64,000 bases of DNA from Alphaproteobacteria bacterium (GCA_021774625.1 JAJFIV010000030.1:493-64492); one strand, 5' to 3'. Shown: positions 36,728-46,240, counted from the stretch's first letter. Made by a program: numbers and translations. The notes: generated by a model not told the origin, from the letters alone.

Positions 36728-37474
36728 ATGGCGAAGGAACGGGCGGATAAATTGCTGGTGGACCGCGGCCTGGCGGAAAGCCGGACCAAAGCGCAGGCCC
36801 TGATCATGGCCGGCCTTGTGGTGGCCGGCGACAAGCGGGTCGATAAGGCGGGCAGCATGATCCGCGATGATCTTGCTTTAACCGTCAAGGGCGCCGATCA
36901 TCCCTGGGTCAGCCGGGGCGGACAGAAACTTGCCCATGCCATTGATCATTTTGGTATTTCGTTTGATGGCAAGACGGTACTTGACGTTGGAGCATCGACC
37001 GGCGGCTTTACCGATGTGGCGCTGGAAAATGGAGCCACAAAAGTCTATGCGGTCGATGTCGGTCATGGCCAGCTGGCCTGGAAGCTGCGTTCCGATCAGC
37101 GCGTCCAGGTATTGGAACGCACCAACGCCCGGTATCTGACGGCGGAACATATTCCTGAACCTGTTGACTTGCTGGTCTGTGACGCCAGTTTTATCGGTCT
37201 TGAAACCCTGCTGCCCGCTTGCCTTGCCCTGGCGGCCGATAAGGCGCATCTGATCGCCCTGATCAAGCCGCAGTTCGAAGTTGGCAGGGGGCTGGTCGGG
37301 AAAGGCGGAGTGGTGCGGGACCCCGCACTTCATCAGGCGGTCTGTGAGCGGATCGGGAGCTGGCTGGCCGCACAACCCGGCTGGTTGGTGCTTGGCGTGA
37401 CCGAAAGCCCGATTTTGGGGCCGGAAGGCAACAAGGAATTTCTGATCGCGGGACAGTATCAAAGGGGCCTGTAA
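36728..37474 (+). CDS. tlyA: TlyA-family rRNA 2'-O-methyltransferase
   Basis: S4-like N-terminus RADKLLVDRGLAESRTKAQALI. SAM motif VLDVGASTGGFTDV. Confidence 0.9.
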   Translation: MAKERADKLLVDRGLAESRTKAQALIMAGLVVAGDKRVDKAGSMIRDDLALTVKGADHPWVSRGGQKLAHAIDHFGISFDGKTVLDVGASTGGFTDVALENGATKVYAVDVGHGQLAWKLRSDQRVQVLERTNARYLTAEHIPEPVDLLVCDASFIGLETLLPACLALAADKAHLIALIKPQFEVGRGLVGKGGVVRDPALHQAVCERIGSWLAAQPGWLVLGVTESPILGPEGNKEFLIAGQYQRGL

Positions 37475-37475
37475 A

Positions 37476-38732
37476 ATGGAATTGACGATTACGACCGTCG
37501 GCAGCCGCGGCGACGGCATTGCGGAAACCGAAAAGGGTCCGGTCTATGTCCCGTTTACCGCCCCCGGCGATGTCATCGAAGCGGAGGTTGTGGCGGGGAA
37601 AAAAGGTCCGGTTTCCGCCAGAATGCTGCGGCTGTTGCAGGCCGGGGAAGACCGAACGGACCCTCCTTGCCGGCATTTCAGGGACTGTGGCGGCTGCACG
37701 CTTCAGCACCTTTCCGGGAACGCCTATCGCGGCTGGCTGAAAGACCGGGTGCATACCGCCCTTGCCCATCAGGGTTTTAATGGCGTTAATATTGCAGACC
37801 CGTTCGTCAGCCCGGCACAAAGCCGCCGCCGGCTCGCGCTGAAGGCGCTGCGCTTGTCAAAACGCATTATTCTGGGTTTCAGTGCGCAGGGCAGCCATCA
37901 GATTGTTGATCTGCTGGAATGTCCGGTGGCCCGCCCCGTTCTGACCGGTCTGTTTGATCCCCTGCGGGATTTATTACAGCATCTGCTGCCGGAAAAAGCC
38001 GGCGCGACCATAATTATGACGGATACCGATACCGGGATTGATCTTGTTTTCGAGGCTGCCTTTTCACTGGGTCTGAAGGAACGGGAGCGGTTGACGGACT
38101 TCGCAAACCAGCATGATCTGGCGGCCATCACCTGGATGGAACGCGGTTTTCCCGAACCGGTGGTCATCCGCCGTCAGCCGCTCATGGTGTTTGGCGGCGT
38201 ACCGGTTCCGCTGCCGCCGGGCGCGTTCATTCAGGCCACGGCGGAATCGGAACAGACCATGCTGGCCATCGCCAGCGAAGCCATTGGCGATGCCGCCATG
38301 ATCGCTGATCTTTTCTGTGGCCTTGGCACCTTCACTTTGCCGTTTGCGGCAAAAGCGAAACTATCCGCGGTGGAGGGGCTGAAGCCGCTGCTTGACGCCC
38401 TGCGAAAGGGTGTTAATCAGACGGCGGGAAAAAACCTGAAAGATATTCGGGCCAGTCACCGCGATCTGTTCCGTAATCCGTTTTCGGCCAGCGAGCTTAA
38501 TGATTTCGACGCCGTTCTGTTCGACCCGCCCCGCACCGGCGCCAGGGAACAGGTTAAGGAGCTCGCTTTGAGCGCGGTCCCTGTCATTATCGGCATTTCC
38601 TGCAACCCCAATACGTTTTCCCGTGATGCCAGGGCGCTTGCCGATGGCGGTTATGAATTGACCGTGGTTCATCCCATCGGTCAGTTTCTCTGGTCGCATC
38701 ATGTGGAACTGGTGGGGGTTTTTAAAAAATAA
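37476..38732 (+). CDS. class I SAM-dependent RNA (uracil-5) methyltransferase, RumA/TrmA family
   Basis: TRAM-like N-terminus, Fe-S Cys cluster CRHFRDCGGCTLQH, and the DLFCGLGTFTLP and DPPRTGA motifs. Confidence 0.8.
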   Translation: MELTITTVGSRGDGIAETEKGPVYVPFTAPGDVIEAEVVAGKKGPVSARMLRLLQAGEDRTDPPCRHFRDCGGCTLQHLSGNAYRGWLKDRVHTALAHQGFNGVNIADPFVSPAQSRRRLALKALRLSKRIILGFSAQGSHQIVDLLECPVARPVLTGLFDPLRDLLQHLLPEKAGATIIMTDTDTGIDLVFEAAFSLGLKERERLTDFANQHDLAAITWMERGFPEPVVIRRQPLMVFGGVPVPLPPGAFIQATAESEQTMLAIASEAIGDAAMIADLFCGLGTFTLPFAAKAKLSAVEGLKPLLDALRKGVNQTAGKNLKDIRASHRDLFRNPFSASELNDFDAVLFDPPRTGAREQVKELALSAVPVIIGISCNPNTFSRDARALADGGYELTVVHPIGQFLWSHHVELVGVFKK

Positions 38733-38836
38733 CGGCCGGGTTGCATTGCTGCAATTATTCTGCCGGTATCTCCTATTCCGATTGCGTCCCGCCGGGTTTT
38801 CATCGATAGTGTTCAGACATAAATAAGGAAACATCC

Positions 38837-39469
38837 ATGGAACACACAACCTGGCAACACATAACCCGGCCGGTTCGGTTAGCTGCCGCTGTTCTTGCTT
38901 CCGGTTTTTTCCTGTCAGCTCAGGCCCATGCCCAGTTTGAACCTCAGCCAAAGTCAGGCACGGTCACCAGTCAGGCCCTGGCCGGCATTCCTGTTCCCGC
39001 ACAGGTGCGGCTGGATTTTGCCAGCGATGTCGAAGATATGGCGCCCTTCATTCTGGCAATGGAGGAAGCGCTGAAAAGCCGCGGCATCGACGTTTCAAAA
39101 ACCGGAGAATATATTTTGACAATCCGCCTCGGTCAGGGGCGGCTCTCATACCGCTCAGGCAGCCAGCCGGCGCGTACCGATTTAACAGAGCCGTCACCGA
39201 TGGATCATGGCGACACCCTGCTCGGGAAAAAAACCATCCAGGAGCGAACGGACAACGCGCAGATAAAAGTCCCGCTGGGGAAAAAGCGGCGGGACACCAG
39301 TGACGTCTCGATCTCATTCACCCTCTTCAAACCGGGACAATCACCGATCTGGCTTGCCAATGCATCCGCCCCCGATGACGGCCGGGAGCTTAATATACAG
39401 GCGGCACGGCTGATGAATGCGGGCGTTCAATCCATCGGCAAGACGGAAATCCGCACGTTCGGCGAATAA
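38837..39469 (+). CDS. secreted hypothetical protein
   Basis: 210 aa with a signal-like AAAVLASGFFLSAQAHA. I recognise no family. Confidence 0.5.
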   Translation: MEHTTWQHITRPVRLAAAVLASGFFLSAQAHAQFEPQPKSGTVTSQALAGIPVPAQVRLDFASDVEDMAPFILAMEEALKSRGIDVSKTGEYILTIRLGQGRLSYRSGSQPARTDLTEPSPMDHGDTLLGKKTIQERTDNAQIKVPLGKKRRDTSDVSISFTLFKPGQSPIWLANASAPDDGRELNIQAARLMNAGVQSIGKTEIRTFGE

Positions 39470-39558
39470 TTCCGCTTATTTTCACTTAGACTGTTTGTCT
39501 CTTTCTGTGATCTTTGTATAAAGGGTCACCAATAAAACAGAGTGAGGAGGCACGTGAT

Positions 39559-42054
39559 ATGCGCCGGGTTGTAGTGGGGATTTTTTTGTTTTTTGTCTTC
39601 GGTTTAAGCGGCGCGGCTTTTGCCGCTGACGATCAGTCCATCGCGGATGCCACAGCGGGCTTTGACAAACAGGAAGGACTGATGACGGTCTATGTGAAGG
39701 CCGCCGAAGGCAAGATTCTGCTGGAACTGCCGGCCCCGGACGATAACGGTATTTCAGCACGGGTCATATATGCGAATTTTCTGACCGGCGGATTGGGCTC
39801 CAATCCGGTCGGCCTGGACCGCTCCGCTGGCGGCGATACCGAGATCGTTGCTTTCCGCCGCGTCGGCGGCAAGGTGCTGATCGAAGCGGAAAACTGGCGC
39901 TACCGGGCGACGGCGGACAGTTTTAACGAAAAGCGGGCGACACGGAATTCGTTTGCCAGTTCCGTCTTGTTTTCCGCGCCTATTCTGGCGGCAACCGGCG
40001 GCAATCTTCTGATCGATATCGGGCCGTTTCTCGTGCGCGATGCCGTTGATGTGGTGGGCCGTCTGAAAAACAGCCGCCAGGGGAATTTCCGGGTGGCGTC
40101 CGACCGCAGCATGGCCGATCCTAAGGGCGTGCTGGTGTTTCCGGAAAATCTGGAATTCGACGCGGTCATGACCTATGAATCCTCGGAACCCGGGCCCGAA
40201 ATTCAGGCGACCACCCCAAGCCCGCGCGCCGTGACTCTGACCCAGCATCATTCCTTCATCAAACTGCCGGACGCTGGCTATAAAACCCGTAACGCTGACC
40301 CCCGCGCCGCCACCATAGAGACCAATTACCAGGACTATAGCGCGTCACTGGACACGCCGGTCTTCAAGCGGCTGGCCCGCCGTTTCCGGCTGGAAAAAAC
40401 CGATCCCGCGGCGGCGCGGTCGCGGGTGAAAAAACCGATTGTCTATTATGTGGACAATGGAGCGCCCGAACCGATCCGCAGCGCCCTGGTGGAAGGGGCA
40501 AGCTGGTGGGCCAAGGCTTTTGAAGCCGCCGGCTTTATCGACGCTTACCGGGTTGAAATTCTGCCGGATGACGTCCATCCGCTGGATGCCCGCTATAATG
40601 TGATCCAGTGGGTGCACCGGGCGACCCGGGGCTGGTCTTACGGCGGTGCGATTGCCGACCCCCGCACCGGCGAGACGATCAAGGGCTTTGTCATTCTGGG
40701 ATCGTTGCGCGTGCGGCAGGACCGGATGATTTTTGAAGGCTTGGCCGGCATCGAAAAAACCGGCACCGGCACGGCTGATGATCCGGTGGAAATCGCTCTG
40801 TCCCGCATCCGGCAGTTATCCGCACACGAGGTCGGGCATACGCTCGGCTTCGCCCATAATATGGGAGCGTCCACCTATGCCGGGCGGGCCTCGGTGATGG
40901 ATTATCCGGCGCCCTATGTCGGGATCAACGGCGACGGCAGTCTGGATTTCTCCAATGCCTATGCAGCGGGTATGGGGGTCTGGGATATGTTTACTGTCGA
41001 TTATCTTTACCGGCAGTTCCCGCAGGGCATGGATGAGAAAGGCGCGCTGGAATCACTGGTTCAGAAGGGTCTCTCGGAGGGCCTCCGTTATGTGGCGGAC
41101 GCCAATTCCCGGCCCATCGGTTCCGCCCATCCCTATGGCAATCTTTGGGACAATGGCGAGGAGCCGGTCGAAGCCCTGCGCCACACGCTCCGGGTGCGCG
41201 ATATTGCTTTGAGTAATTTCGGCCTGCGCAATATTCAGCCGGGCCAGCGGGTGTCCGACCTTCATACAGTGATCGTGCCGATCTATCTGTATCACCGCTA
41301 TCAGATCGAGGCGGCGGCCAAGGTGCTGGGCGGCATGAATTTCGGCTATGGTGTGAAAGGGGACGGACAGGCAGCGGCCAGTTTACTGACCCCCGGCTGG
41401 CAGCGGGACGCCCTCGCGGCGCTGCTGGAATCTGTAGACCCGGCGGCACTGGACCTGTCGGATGATGTTCTTAATGTTCTGACCCCGGCTCATCGTGGCG
41501 GTTTCGGCGATGCCAAATTTCCGACGGAACAGTTCAGGCCGAAAGCTTTCCCGGCCTTTGATGTGCTGGAAGCGGCGGGTGTCGCGGCGGATATGACCTT
41601 TGGCGCGGTTTTGCATCCCGAGCGGGCCGCCCGGCTGGTCGAGTTCAAACGCCGCGATGGCAGCCAGCCCGGTCTCGCCTATGTGCTGGATGAGTTGGAC
41701 AAGGCTGTTTTTGCCAATGCCCGCGGTGAGAATGAGCGGCGGGTGGAAATCCGCCGCGTGCTGCAGGACCGGCTGGTGGCGGCGATGATTGACCTGTCGC
41801 TTTCGTCTAACGCGTCGTCCGGCACGATTGCCAGAGTGGACGCTAAACTGGCGGCGATTGGCGGCCGGCTTTCCGGCGCGCGCAGCCGTTCCGATGTTGT
41901 GCGCGCACACGATGCAAGGCTGGCGGCAGTCATCCGCCGTCATCTGGAACGGCCTGCTGAAGCGCGGCCCGCCAAACCGGCGGAACTGCCGTCGCCCCCC
42001 GGCAGCCCCATCGGTGCGTCGGATGCTGAGGATTGCTGGCACTGCTATCCCTAG
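39559..42054 (+). CDS. secreted zinc-dependent metalloprotease (large DUF5117/DUF4953-type family)
   Basis: ATG 39559 lies 8 nt after GAGGAGG. Signal peptide MRRVVVGIFLFFVFGLSGAAFA. Zincin motif HEVGHTLGFAHN. Confidence 0.8.
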   Translation: MRRVVVGIFLFFVFGLSGAAFAADDQSIADATAGFDKQEGLMTVYVKAAEGKILLELPAPDDNGISARVIYANFLTGGLGSNPVGLDRSAGGDTEIVAFRRVGGKVLIEAENWRYRATADSFNEKRATRNSFASSVLFSAPILAATGGNLLIDIGPFLVRDAVDVVGRLKNSRQGNFRVASDRSMADPKGVLVFPENLEFDAVMTYESSEPGPEIQATTPSPRAVTLTQHHSFIKLPDAGYKTRNADPRAATIETNYQDYSASLDTPVFKRLARRFRLEKTDPAAARSRVKKPIVYYVDNGAPEPIRSALVEGASWWAKAFEAAGFIDAYRVEILPDDVHPLDARYNVIQWVHRATRGWSYGGAIADPRTGETIKGFVILGSLRVRQDRMIFEGLAGIEKTGTGTADDPVEIALSRIRQLSAHEVGHTLGFAHNMGASTYAGRASVMDYPAPYVGINGDGSLDFSNAYAAGMGVWDMFTVDYLYRQFPQGMDEKGALESLVQKGLSEGLRYVADANSRPIGSAHPYGNLWDNGEEPVEALRHTLRVRDIALSNFGLRNIQPGQRVSDLHTVIVPIYLYHRYQIEAAAKVLGGMNFGYGVKGDGQAAASLLTPGWQRDALAALLESVDPAALDLSDDVLNVLTPAHRGGFGDAKFPTEQFRPKAFPAFDVLEAAGVAADMTFGAVLHPERAARLVEFKRRDGSQPGLAYVLDELDKAVFANARGENERRVEIRRVLQDRLVAAMIDLSLSSNASSGTIARVDAKLAAIGGRLSGARSRSDVVRAHDARLAAVIRRHLERPAEARPAKPAELPSPPGSPIGASDAEDCWHCYP

Positions 42055-42317
42055 AGTCTTTTCTGATCAGGTTGCCGCAATTTGATGACTGGAGGTGGCT
42101 GACCGGACAGGCGCGGCCTGCAGTGCGATGCGGCGCATCGGGCAAAGGCCGTAAAGCAGCCGGTCAGCCACCACCAGTCACCGGAGGCCGGATGCTTTTG
42201 TTCTGTGGCCCGCGTTGCCTTCCTTGGCCGATGCGCCGCATCGACCGGTGAAAGGCGCCTTGCCGCAGAGCAAAATCATCCCGGTGAAATGGGTCAACCT
42301 GATCAGAAAAGACTCTA
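42052..42317. mobile_element. 266 bp MITE-like element with perfect terminal inverted repeats and TA flanks
   Basis: 42052-42074 TAGAGTCTTTTCTGATCAGGTTG is the exact reverse complement of 42295-42317. This can be read as 21 bp TIRs flanked by TA/TA. Internal nested palindromes: 42085-42105 pairs with 42161-42181, and GATGCGGCGCATCGG (42128-42142) pairs with CCGATGCGCCGCATC (42228-42242). No transposase is present. Confidence 0.55.
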
Positions 42318-42399
42318 AAACTCAATCCGCGATCTGAAACCTTGGAACCTTCTCGGGCCTGAGTCCCGTACATGATTTAGCACGGGCGGGGCGCTTCGG

Positions 42400-42680
42400 G
42401 TGTCTGCACTTATCCCCCATCTATCCCTTCATCAAAATAATGGAACAAAATAAGAACAAAATAGAAATATTCGGTGTCTTTTTGATGATTAACGTCAAAT
42501 GACCGTAAATAGTCACAAGCCGTCGTACCATTAACGAAATATCAATTCCTATAAAATTACTATGATTTCCCATTGATTCCTATATTAAACTATAATATCA
42601 ATGATTAACCCCAAAGCATCGCGTTTATCATGAGTGCGTCCGGGATCGGGGAAGGGCCAAAGGCCCAATCGGGGAAGAGA
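42400..42680 (+). promoter_or_regulatory. AT-rich dcw (mraZ) upstream control region with phased direct repeats and a TATAAT box
   Basis: Visibly AT-rich compared with its surroundings. Repeats: GAACAAAATA at 42443 and 42454 (11 bp period); (A/G)ATTCCTATA at 42544 and 42575; ATGATTAAC at 42485 and 42601. TATAAT at 42591-42596, with TTCCCA 18 nt upstream. Confidence 0.4.
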
Positions 42681-43151
42681 ATGCCGCTGTTTCTGTCCAA
42701 ATATGTCAATAAGGTCGATAAGAAGGGCCGGGTCTCAGTGCCTGCTCAATATCGTGCCGCATTGCCGAAGGAAGGCGTTCCCGGTGTTATTGTGTCTCCG
42801 TCATTGAAACTGAAGTGTCTCGATTGCGCCGATTATGAATTTATCGAGAAGCTGTCGTCCGGAATTTACGGCAATTTCGGCTTATTCACCGATCAGCATA
42901 ATGAAGTCGCAACCAGCGTTTTCGGCGATTCGGACCTTTTGCAGTTTGACCCGAACGGACGGATCACGCTGTCGGATGATTTGCGCAAATACGCCAATAT
43001 TGATTCCAACGCGCTGTTTGTTGGTCTCGGCAAGACATTCCAGATCTGGGAGCCGAAAGCTTTTGAGTTGCACCGTGCCTCGATCCGCGATCAGGCGATC
43101 GAAGCGGCGGCGACCATGCGGCCTGTGGAAAATCCGGGAGGGGCGTTATGA
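42681..43151 (+). CDS. mraZ: transcriptional regulator MraZ
   Basis: ORF 42630-43151; preferred start MPLFLSKYVNKVDKKGRVSVPAQYR. Two SpoVT/AbrB-like halves. First gene of the dcw cluster. Confidence 0.9.
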   Translation: MPLFLSKYVNKVDKKGRVSVPAQYRAALPKEGVPGVIVSPSLKLKCLDCADYEFIEKLSSGIYGNFGLFTDQHNEVATSVFGDSDLLQFDPNGRITLSDDLRKYANIDSNALFVGLGKTFQIWEPKAFELHRASIRDQAIEAAATMRPVENPGGAL

Positions 43152-44137
43152 GCAAGATGACTGCCCCTCATATCCCCGTACTCCTCAAGGAGGTGCTGGC
43201 CGCCCTTGCGCCTAAGGACGGAGAAATATTCGTCGATGGCACTTTTGGCGCCGGTGGTTACACCCGCGCCGTTCTGGATGCCGCAAGCTGCCATGTTTAC
43301 GCCATCGACCGCGACCCAAAGGCTGTTGCGCGCGGCCGGGAGATGGCCAGGGAATATGACGGCCGCCTGATTGTGCTTGAAGGGCGTTACAGCGAGATGG
43401 AATCGCTGCTGGAAGAGGAAGGGGTATCCGAAGTCAACGGCATAGCCCTTGATATCGGTCTTTCCTCCATGCAGATCGACGAGCCGGAGCGCGGGTTCAG
43501 TTTTCAGGAAGACGGGCCTTTGGACATGCGCATGTCCGCAGCGGGCGAAAGTGCCGCCGATGTCGTCAACAGCCGATCCGAAGAGGAAATTGCCGACATC
43601 CTTTATCAGTATGGCGAGGAACGGAAATCCCGCCGCATCGCCCGCGCCATTGTCGGGGCGCGGAAGGAAAAAGCCATTACCCGGACCCTGGAACTGGCGG
43701 CGGTTGTCGTGAAGGCCATCGGCTTCCACCGGCAGAAATCCGGCCGCAGCATCCATCCGGCAACCCGGACATTCCAGGCCCTTAGAATTTACGTCAATAA
43801 TGAATTGGGCGAGCTTGAAGCCGGACTTCAGGCGGCCGAAAACCTATTAGCCCCACTGGGGCGGTTGTGTGTGGTCACCTTTCACTCCCTCGAGGACCGC
43901 ATCTCCAAGTCGTTCCTCAAAATGCGCAGCGGCAATGCCCCTCATACCCCCCGCTACCTGCCGCTGCGCGTTGACGACCAACACACGCCGCCCCCCTCTT
44001 TTTCTCTCGAGAAAAGAGGGGTGACCAAACCCGGTGAAGAAGAAATCCGCGTCAATCCGCGGGCGCGGTCGGCGCGGCTGCGCTGGGCTGTCAGGACCGA
44101 TGCGCCGCCAATGCCCGAGACAAGGGTCATGCGATGA
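43148..44137 (+). CDS. rsmH: 16S rRNA (cytosine1402-N4)-methyltransferase RsmH
   Basis: HIPVLLKEVL.., FVDGTFGAGGYTRA.., DIGLSSMQID. Confidence 0.95.
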   Translation: MSKMTAPHIPVLLKEVLAALAPKDGEIFVDGTFGAGGYTRAVLDAASCHVYAIDRDPKAVARGREMAREYDGRLIVLEGRYSEMESLLEEEGVSEVNGIALDIGLSSMQIDEPERGFSFQEDGPLDMRMSAAGESAADVVNSRSEEEIADILYQYGEERKSRRIARAIVGARKEKAITRTLELAAVVVKAIGFHRQKSGRSIHPATRTFQALRIYVNNELGELEAGLQAAENLLAPLGRLCVVTFHSLEDRISKSFLKMRSGNAPHTPRYLPLRVDDQHTPPPSFSLEKRGVTKPGEEEIRVNPRARSARLRWAVRTDAPPMPETRVMR

Positions 44138-44526
44138 GCCGTATCTTCGCCATTGCAAGTATTGCTGCAATCCTGATGGCGGGCGCCGGTCTTTTTCAGC
44201 TGAAATACCAGGTTGCGCAAAAGGCGGCCTTTGTCAAAAACCTCAAGCTTGAGCTGAACCGTGACCGGGAAGCCATCCGGGTATTGCGGGCGGAATGGTC
44301 CCATCTGAACCGGCCGGATTATCTGCAGGATCTCTCGATCCGCTATCTGGCGTTGCGTCCGCCGCTTGACAGCCAGATAAAGACATCTCCCGCAGCTATA
44401 CCCTTCCGCCCGGAAGGCGCGGGGCCAGTCAGCGCCCCCAACGATCTGGTTATTCCTGTTCCCAGGCGGAAGCCGGAAAGCCGGCCCGGAGACGAAGCCG
44501 TAAAAAGGGAGGCGTCGGGTGTTTAA
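44134..44526 (+). CDS. ftsL: cell division protein FtsL (alphaproteobacterial type)
   Basis: 130 aa with a single TM (IFAIASIAAILMAGAGLF) followed by a coiled coil. Lies between rsmH and ftsI. Confidence 0.75.
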   Translation: MSRIFAIASIAAILMAGAGLFQLKYQVAQKAAFVKNLKLELNRDREAIRVLRAEWSHLNRPDYLQDLSIRYLALRPPLDSQIKTSPAAIPFRPEGAGPVSAPNDLVIPVPRRKPESRPGDEAVKREASGV

Positions 44527-46198
44527 AAAAGTACGGATTGAAGGGGCATACAAGGAAACCATGGCGCTGGCCCGCCGCAGACTGCTGTTGACGGTTTTCG
44601 GCTTTGCGGTGATTTTTTTGTTTCTGGCTTTCAGAACTGTCGAGCTCAGTGTCTTTCAGGCTCTTTCCGATACCGACCGGCGCGCTAACGTGTCAAATAC
44701 AGCCATTCTGGCGCGCGGAAATGTTATCGACCGCAATGGGGTTCTTCTTGCGACAAATTTGAAAACCCGCTCGCTTTATGCGGACCCCGCCCTTGTGCTC
44801 GACCCGCTGGCCGCCGCAGAAAAACTGGCGCAGGTTCTGCCCGAATTCACGGTAAGCGAGCTGGAGCAAAAGCTGAGCGAAAGACGGCGCCATGTCTGGA
44901 TCAAGCGCCACCTCACACCCGGGCAGGCCCGGCAGGTCAATGCGCTTGGTATTCATGCGCTGAAATTCTCGATTGAGGATAAGCGGATCTATCCACATGG
45001 AAACCTTGTCTCGCATGTTCTCGGTTACACCGATGCGGATGAAAACGGCCTGGCCGGCATCGAGCGTTTTTTTGACGGGCGCTTAACGGACCCGCAACAG
45101 GCGGGCGAGCCGCTGCAGGTCAGCCTTGATATCCGAATTCAGCATGTGCTGCGGGATGAACTGCAGCGGGCCATGGGCGTGTTTCGCGCTATCGGCGCTG
45201 CCGGGTTGCTGATGGATGTGAATACCGGCGAAGTTCTGGCAATGGCATCCCTGCCTGATTTTGACCCCAATCTGGTTCGCGCCGGCGACATAAAGGAAAA
45301 GCGGATCATGAACCGGGTCACATCGGGCGTTTACGAACTGGGTTCGACCTTTAAAACCTTCACGATGGCGGCTGGCCTTGAGACCGGTGTCATCCGCATG
45401 AACGATGTTTATGATGCGACCGATCCCATCCGTATATCCCGCTTTACGATCCGCGATGATCATCCGCAGGCGCGGCCGCTGACGGTTCCCGAGATATTTG
45501 CGCATTCCTCCAATATCGGTGCGGCAAAAATTGCGATGGATATGGGCCGCGATGTGCAGAGGCGGTTTCTGGAAACTCTGGGGCTGTTGGAGCCGGCTGT
45601 GATTGAGTTGAAGGAAGTCGGTGAGCCGTTGCCGCCGGTATCCTGGGGCGATGTGGCTACAATGACGGTTTCATATGGCCATGGCATCGCCGTCAGCCCG
45701 CTTCAGCTCTCCGTTGCGATGGGTGCTATGGTCAATGGCGGCACTCTCATTCCTGCCACATTGGTCAAGCAGTCTGAAGATCGCTTTCCGGAAGGAAAGC
45801 CGGTTATTTCCCCCGTCACGTCGGAACAGGTGCGGCAATTGATGCGGATCGCTGTGCTGCAGGGGACGGGCGGCCTTGCGGATGCCCCACACTATCGCGT
45901 GGGGGGCAAGACCGGGACGGCCAGGAAAGCGTCGAAAAACGGCGGTTACGGCAAACAGAAACTATCGTCTTTTGTCGGAGTTTTCCCGATGGATGCACCA
46001 AAATATCTGGTTCTCGTTCTCCTGGACGAGCCCAAGGGAACCAAGGAAACCTGGAACTATTCGTCGGCCGGCTGGACGGCGGCTCCGGTCGTTCGCAATG
46101 TCATTATGCGGGCTGCGCCCCTGCTGGGGGTCAGTCCGAAGGAGGAGGATGAGACCCGTTATCAGACGGTGGCGCATCTTGTCACGGACAGTCGATAA
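44519..46198 (+). CDS. ftsI: peptidoglycan D,D-transpeptidase FtsI (PBP3)
   Basis: STFK (ELGSTFKTF), SSN (HSSNIG) and KTGT (GGKTGTARK) motifs. GTG start at 44519, or ATG at 44561. Confidence 0.95.
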   Translation: MFKKVRIEGAYKETMALARRRLLLTVFGFAVIFLFLAFRTVELSVFQALSDTDRRANVSNTAILARGNVIDRNGVLLATNLKTRSLYADPALVLDPLAAAEKLAQVLPEFTVSELEQKLSERRRHVWIKRHLTPGQARQVNALGIHALKFSIEDKRIYPHGNLVSHVLGYTDADENGLAGIERFFDGRLTDPQQAGEPLQVSLDIRIQHVLRDELQRAMGVFRAIGAAGLLMDVNTGEVLAMASLPDFDPNLVRAGDIKEKRIMNRVTSGVYELGSTFKTFTMAAGLETGVIRMNDVYDATDPIRISRFTIRDDHPQARPLTVPEIFAHSSNIGAAKIAMDMGRDVQRRFLETLGLLEPAVIELKEVGEPLPPVSWGDVATMTVSYGHGIAVSPLQLSVAMGAMVNGGTLIPATLVKQSEDRFPEGKPVISPVTSEQVRQLMRIAVLQGTGGLADAPHYRVGGKTGTARKASKNGGYGKQKLSSFVGVFPMDAPKYLVLVLLDEPKGTKETWNYSSAGWTAAPVVRNVIMRAAPLLGVSPKEEDETRYQTVAHLVTDSR

Positions 46199-46240
46199 CC
46201 CGCACTAAAAGCGGGTGTTAATAAAGGAAGTTGGCGGGCT

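Noticed and set aside
42033-42373. ORFs 42033-42251 (+) and 42164-42373 (-) inside the inverted-repeat element; also the idea that the element is a 6S-like or other known ncRNA
   Set aside because: The two ORFs mirror each other because of the palindromic DNA (both contain VFSDQV/FLIR-type ends) and have no start context. I recognise no conserved ncRNA motifs. A perfect 23 bp closing stem with TA flanks fits a MITE better.
46198-46216. Hairpin ACCCGC-N7-GCGGGT between ftsI and murE as an internal dcw terminator
   Set aside because: The stem is short (6 bp) with no T-run. The dcw genes on either side are otherwise tightly coupled, so this is probably incidental.
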